From: Fimbriimonadales bacterium
GTDB lineage: Bacteria > Armatimonadota > Fimbriimonadia > Fimbriimonadales > JABRVX01
Assembly (NCBI GenBank): GCA_045862955.1
Contig: BTVI01000020.1
Location: forward strand, 1-64,000
Reading direction: 5' to 3'
DNA length: 64,000 nucleotides
Shown one piece after another: positions 60,737-64,000 of the stretch; position 1 is the stretch's first letter; each line of letters begins with the position of its first letter. The position numbers and the translations under genes are program-made. The notes under the pieces are model-generated. The model was not told the origin of the DNA. It ran no database searches and saw only the letters and a program-made list of their open reading frames with translations.

Positions 60737-61489
60737 ATGCATACGATCGAAGTTCGAGACCTCGTAGTCGAGTATAGGAGGCCTTTCCGAAAGCCGACAC
60801 GGGCCGTGGATGGCCTCTCCTTCATCGTCAATCCTGGCGAGATCGTCGGCCTGGTGGGGCTGAACGGTGCCGGAAAGACTTCGACGATAAAGACGCTGAT
60901 GGGCTTTCAGCCGCCGACTTCGGGCACGGTGCGCATCAGCGGGTTGCCGGTCGGCGACGCGAACGCGCGCCGCGGTATCGGCTTTCTGCCGGAGACTGCC
61001 CTTTACTCCCCCTATCTGACTCCGTTCGAGACGCTACGGCTGTACGGGCAACTGCACGGACTGGGCGGACGCGCGCTGAGCGACCGGATCGGCATGTTGC
61101 TGACCTCCTTAGGAGTGGCGCATCGCGCGCACCATCTCAACCGCTACCTATCGAAGGGCATGCTACAGCGGGTAGGCATCGCGCAGGCACTGCTCGGCGA
61201 GCCACGGTTACTGATCTTGGACGAGCTCTCGTCGGGCCTCGACCCGCTGGGCCGCAGGGACCTTCGCGAGCTGATGAGGCGCCAGAGGGAGAGCGGGGTA
61301 ACCGTGCTGTTCTCGTCGCACGAGCTGAGCGAAGTGGAGATGCTGTGCGATCGAGTGCTGGTGCTCCACCGTGGCAAGCTGGTTGCAGAGGAGCGGGTCG
61401 AAACGCTTCGCGGACGGGTCGAGTCGCTGGAGGACTACTTCGTCGACCTAGTGAGCGGGGCAGCTCAGGAGGAGGTGAAAGCGGCATGA
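60737..61489 (+). CDS. ABC transporter ATP-binding protein
   Basis: GLNGAGKTS, LSKGMLQR, ILDE, SSH. Confidence 0.9.
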   Translation: MHTIEVRDLVVEYRRPFRKPTRAVDGLSFIVNPGEIVGLVGLNGAGKTSTIKTLMGFQPPTSGTVRISGLPVGDANARRGIGFLPETALYSPYLTPFETLRLYGQLHGLGGRALSDRIGMLLTSLGVAHRAHHLNRYLSKGMLQRVGIAQALLGEPRLLILDELSSGLDPLGRRDLRELMRRQRESGVTVLFSSHELSEVEMLCDRVLVLHRGKLVAEERVETLRGRVESLEDYFVDLVSGAAQEEVKAA

Positions 61490-62262
61490 TAGCCACGGTT
61501 CGAACCTGCAGGGCTCTCGCAGTCGCGGGGATGTTGGAGACCTTCCGACGCAAGGACCTCTACGTGGTCCTGGTGCTGATGGGACTGATGATTGCGGGGG
61601 CGGGGGCTTTCGGGTTCTTCGGTGTTCGAGGGCTCGAGGTGTTCCTTCGAGACGTCACGTTCACTGCCATCGGCTTGTTCTCTACCGTGCTCGCGGTCAT
61701 CGTGGCTGCCCGCCAGATCCCCGAAGAGGTGCAGCGCCGCACTATCTACCCGTTGATGGCCCGACCGATCTCGCGGTGGCAGATTCTGCTGGGCAAGTGG
61801 GTGGCTGCGAGCCTGACCTCGATCCTCGCGTTCCTGCTTCTGGCTGCTACGGCTCGCGTCTTGCTGGCCTGCTTCGGGGTTCCCGTGGAAGCGATCTTCA
61901 TGCAGTACGTGCTGCTAAAGGCTGTCGGTCTCGTGTGGCTTTGTGCGATGACGGTGGCTTTGTCGGTACTGATGACCCACGGCGCGGCGGTGGTGACGTC
62001 GCTCATCCTGGCGCTCGGCGCGGGGGCGTTCACGCGCATCACCCTGCTGTACCACGGTCAGACAGGGGCATGGAACGGTCTCGCCAACGTGGTGTACGGC
62101 CTGCTACCGCACTACGACTTCTTCGACCTCGGGCGAAAGGTCACGTACGGATGGGACCCGGTGCCGGCCTGGGTATTGGGGCTGCTCGCAGGCTACGCGT
62201 TGCTCGGGAGCATGATATGGCTCTGGTTGGGGTGGCTCCGCTTCCGGAGGGCGGCTCTGTAG
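61486..62262 (+). CDS. ABC-2 type permease
   Basis: GGAGG RBS; EVQRRTIYPLMARPISR; six TM. Confidence 0.85.
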   Translation: MIATVRTCRALAVAGMLETFRRKDLYVVLVLMGLMIAGAGAFGFFGVRGLEVFLRDVTFTAIGLFSTVLAVIVAARQIPEEVQRRTIYPLMARPISRWQILLGKWVAASLTSILAFLLLAATARVLLACFGVPVEAIFMQYVLLKAVGLVWLCAMTVALSVLMTHGAAVVTSLILALGAGAFTRITLLYHGQTGAWNGLANVVYGLLPHYDFFDLGRKVTYGWDPVPAWVLGLLAGYALLGSMIWLWLGWLRFRRAAL

Positions 62263-62263
62263 C

Positions 62264-63112
62264 ATGAACGCCCTGTATTGGACCCTGTGGCTAGCGGCGG
62301 TATGGGTCGCGGGCGCTCTGGTCGTACTCGTGACTCCCGAACAACTCAAGCGGCCGGACGAGTCCGTGATGCTGGCGACTCGGGAGGGGTCCGCCTCCGC
62401 CACGCTCTTGGGGGAGTTCAGCAGCGGGCTGGCCGGTTACTTGTGGCGCAAGACGGACGAGTACACGCACAGTGGGGTGCTGATGCGCCCCATGACCGAT
62501 GCCGAGCGTAAGCACGGCACACGCGCGGACTGCGCTTCCGACCCACACGGTCACCACCACGACGATGAGCACGATCACGTGAGCGTGGTGCCGCACAAGG
62601 CGAACGACCCGCGCGGCATCTGGGGAGACATCGAGCGGGAGATACGGCCGTACTTCGACGAGCATAGCCACCGGCATCGGCCAGTCACCGAGTCGCTACC
62701 GCTCTTCCGGTTTATGACTTGGCTGGACCCCAAGTTCGTGCCAGGCTACACGGTCGGCTCGTTCGTGATCCGCCATGCAACGAAGGGTGAGGCCGAGGTC
62801 AAGGCGTTCCTTGCCGAAGGGCTGCGATACAACCCGAAGAGCGTCGCACTGCGCGTGGAAATCGCGCGCTGCCTGATGCGCGAGAAGGCTCCGGTTCACG
62901 AGGTGACCAGGCTCCTGCGCGAGGCCATTCGCCTCGGACGAGAGCCAGACCTTCCGGAATGGGACGTGGACGGACACCAGGACGCGTACCGTTGGCTCGC
63001 GATTCTCCTCCGCCACGAGGGCAGGACGGACGAAGTTGCGCGCGTGGCCGTGGAGGGTTTGGCTCGGTTTCCGGATGACCGGGTTCTTCGCCGTTTCACC
63101 TCGACTCGGTAG
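62264..63112 (+). CDS. Membrane-anchored TPR-like protein with His-rich insert
   Basis: N-terminal TM; HGHHHDDEHDH; WLDP, EGLRYNP helical repeats. Confidence 0.65.
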   Translation: MNALYWTLWLAAVWVAGALVVLVTPEQLKRPDESVMLATREGSASATLLGEFSSGLAGYLWRKTDEYTHSGVLMRPMTDAERKHGTRADCASDPHGHHHDDEHDHVSVVPHKANDPRGIWGDIEREIRPYFDEHSHRHRPVTESLPLFRFMTWLDPKFVPGYTVGSFVIRHATKGEAEVKAFLAEGLRYNPKSVALRVEIARCLMREKAPVHEVTRLLREAIRLGREPDLPEWDVDGHQDAYRWLAILLRHEGRTDEVARVAVEGLARFPDDRVLRRFTSTR

Positions 63113-63266
63113 CAGAGCATCGGTGTTTATACAGTATAAATACCTGATTGCTAAAGTAGTCTAGCTGTTTTCTTTATTCACCTCTTGTTGCCAGTAAAAA
63201 TGTGTGTTACTATCTGTGACATAGTTCGGGCCGAGTATTCGGCCTTGGCGGAGAGGATCGAGAAAG

Positions 63267-63911
63267 GTGGGAGCAACGTTTCATCAAGTCTCGGGTGACC
63301 ACGGAGCCGGCAGCGAGAGAAGGAAACTCGTTCGTTCACTTCTAGTGGTGTGGGGAGCTCTCGCAATTGTACTGGTCCTGGCGCTGCCGTCCGATGCCCC
63401 CACGTTTCGAGCTGTTGCCCGAACCCTCGGACTGCATCTCCTGTTGTCGAAGTCCCCGACCCAGTCGGTAACCACCAGTCCGCAAATGGAGTGGTTGAGC
63501 CGATACGACCCCAAGCCGGGAGCGCCGGCTCCGCAGGCATTGGTAGAGGCGGTCGGGGACAACCAGCCCTCGCAACACCACCTGATCGTCTATCTCGGCT
63601 CTTGCAGTGCGTGCAGCCTGAAGTTTCAGCAGGACGAGAGTTGGTTCGGCGACTCGTCCTGGCACACCGCGATTGCCCTGGTGGACGCGGGGACCGACCT
63701 GAAGACGGTTCGCCAGTGGGTCGGCCCGACTGCACGGGTGATCGAGGATGCGAAGGCTCTTGCCGCCGACCCCAATCGCACGATAGCATTTCAGATGAAC
63801 GCGTACTTCACACCTCGTGTATACTTATATGGTCCGGATTGGCGGCTAATATGTGTGAGCCGATACGGTGAGGGCCTAGATGCTTTCTTAGCCCGCTCGA
63901 AGCAAAGGTGA
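63267..63911 (+). CDS. Membrane-anchored thioredoxin-fold protein
   Basis: TM; CSAC; FTPRVYL; start uncertain. Confidence 0.55.
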   Translation: MGATFHQVSGDHGAGSERRKLVRSLLVVWGALAIVLVLALPSDAPTFRAVARTLGLHLLLSKSPTQSVTTSPQMEWLSRYDPKPGAPAPQALVEAVGDNQPSQHHLIVYLGSCSACSLKFQQDESWFGDSSWHTAIALVDAGTDLKTVRQWVGPTARVIEDAKALAADPNRTIAFQMNAYFTPRVYLYGPDWRLICVSRYGEGLDAFLARSKQR

Positions 63912-63916
63912 GACCC

Positions 63917-64000
63917 ATGAGACGCGATGCATTCACCCTGATTGAGCTTCTGGTGACGATCGGAATCCTGATCACTCTCGCAGCCATTGTTTACGTCCTG
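63917..64000 (+). CDS. Prepilin-type N-terminal cleavage/methylation protein (partial)
   Basis: MRRDAFTLIELLVTIGILITLAAIVYVL; runs off the window end. Confidence 0.8.
   Translation, partial: MRRDAFTLIELLVTIGILITLAAIVYVL

Noticed and set aside
60488..60831. Overlapping N-terminal extensions of the ABC ATPase and the CbcL-like gene
   Set aside because: Downstream starts (60737 +, 60606 -) remove the overlap and leave a divergent promoter gap.
1..64000. tRNA, rRNA, transposase, integrase or cas genes
   Set aside because: None recognised by eye in the sequence or the ORF track.

Overview
GC-rich bacterial chromosome segment. PEP-CTERM proteins, an H-X9-DG pilin-like protein and a prepilin gene suggest Armatimonadota or a PVC-like lineage (inference only). 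Contents, left to right: GH36 alpha-galactosidase; secreted CARDB/HExxH protein; phoB-phoR-pstSCAB-phoU; two PEP-CTERM genes; three lipocalin-like lipoproteins; ccmABC(D)EF-panD; Cys-tailed MarR plus thioredoxin; LCP; tricorn protease; ArnT-like GT; RidA; a divergent arginine cluster (argG-argH-M20 / argR-DUF1611-like-argC-argD-argF'-argB); 5'-nucleotidase; Sdh1-like (type F) succinate dehydrogenase; a multiheme cytochrome/NrfCD/porin-like locus; ABC transporter, TPR and prepilin genes. About 7 kb of intergenic DNA is a mosaic of palindromic REP-like repeats. Top observations: (1) a DUF1611/DgcN-like gene sits where the missing ArgA/ArgJ should be in an ArgF'-type operon, a candidate new glutamate N-acyltransferase; (2) an orphan array of 11 repeats with exact type I-E geometry (29+32 nt) whose repeat closely matches a local GTCAT-REP palindrome; (3) an unannotated tetraheme CbcS-like gene split by one in-frame TAG in a Geobacter-like Cbc locus; (4) a 6S-like rod RNA and a hidden ccmD in the ccm operon; (5) a riboswitch-like leader of unknown class. 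All homology calls come from motif recognition; no searches were run.
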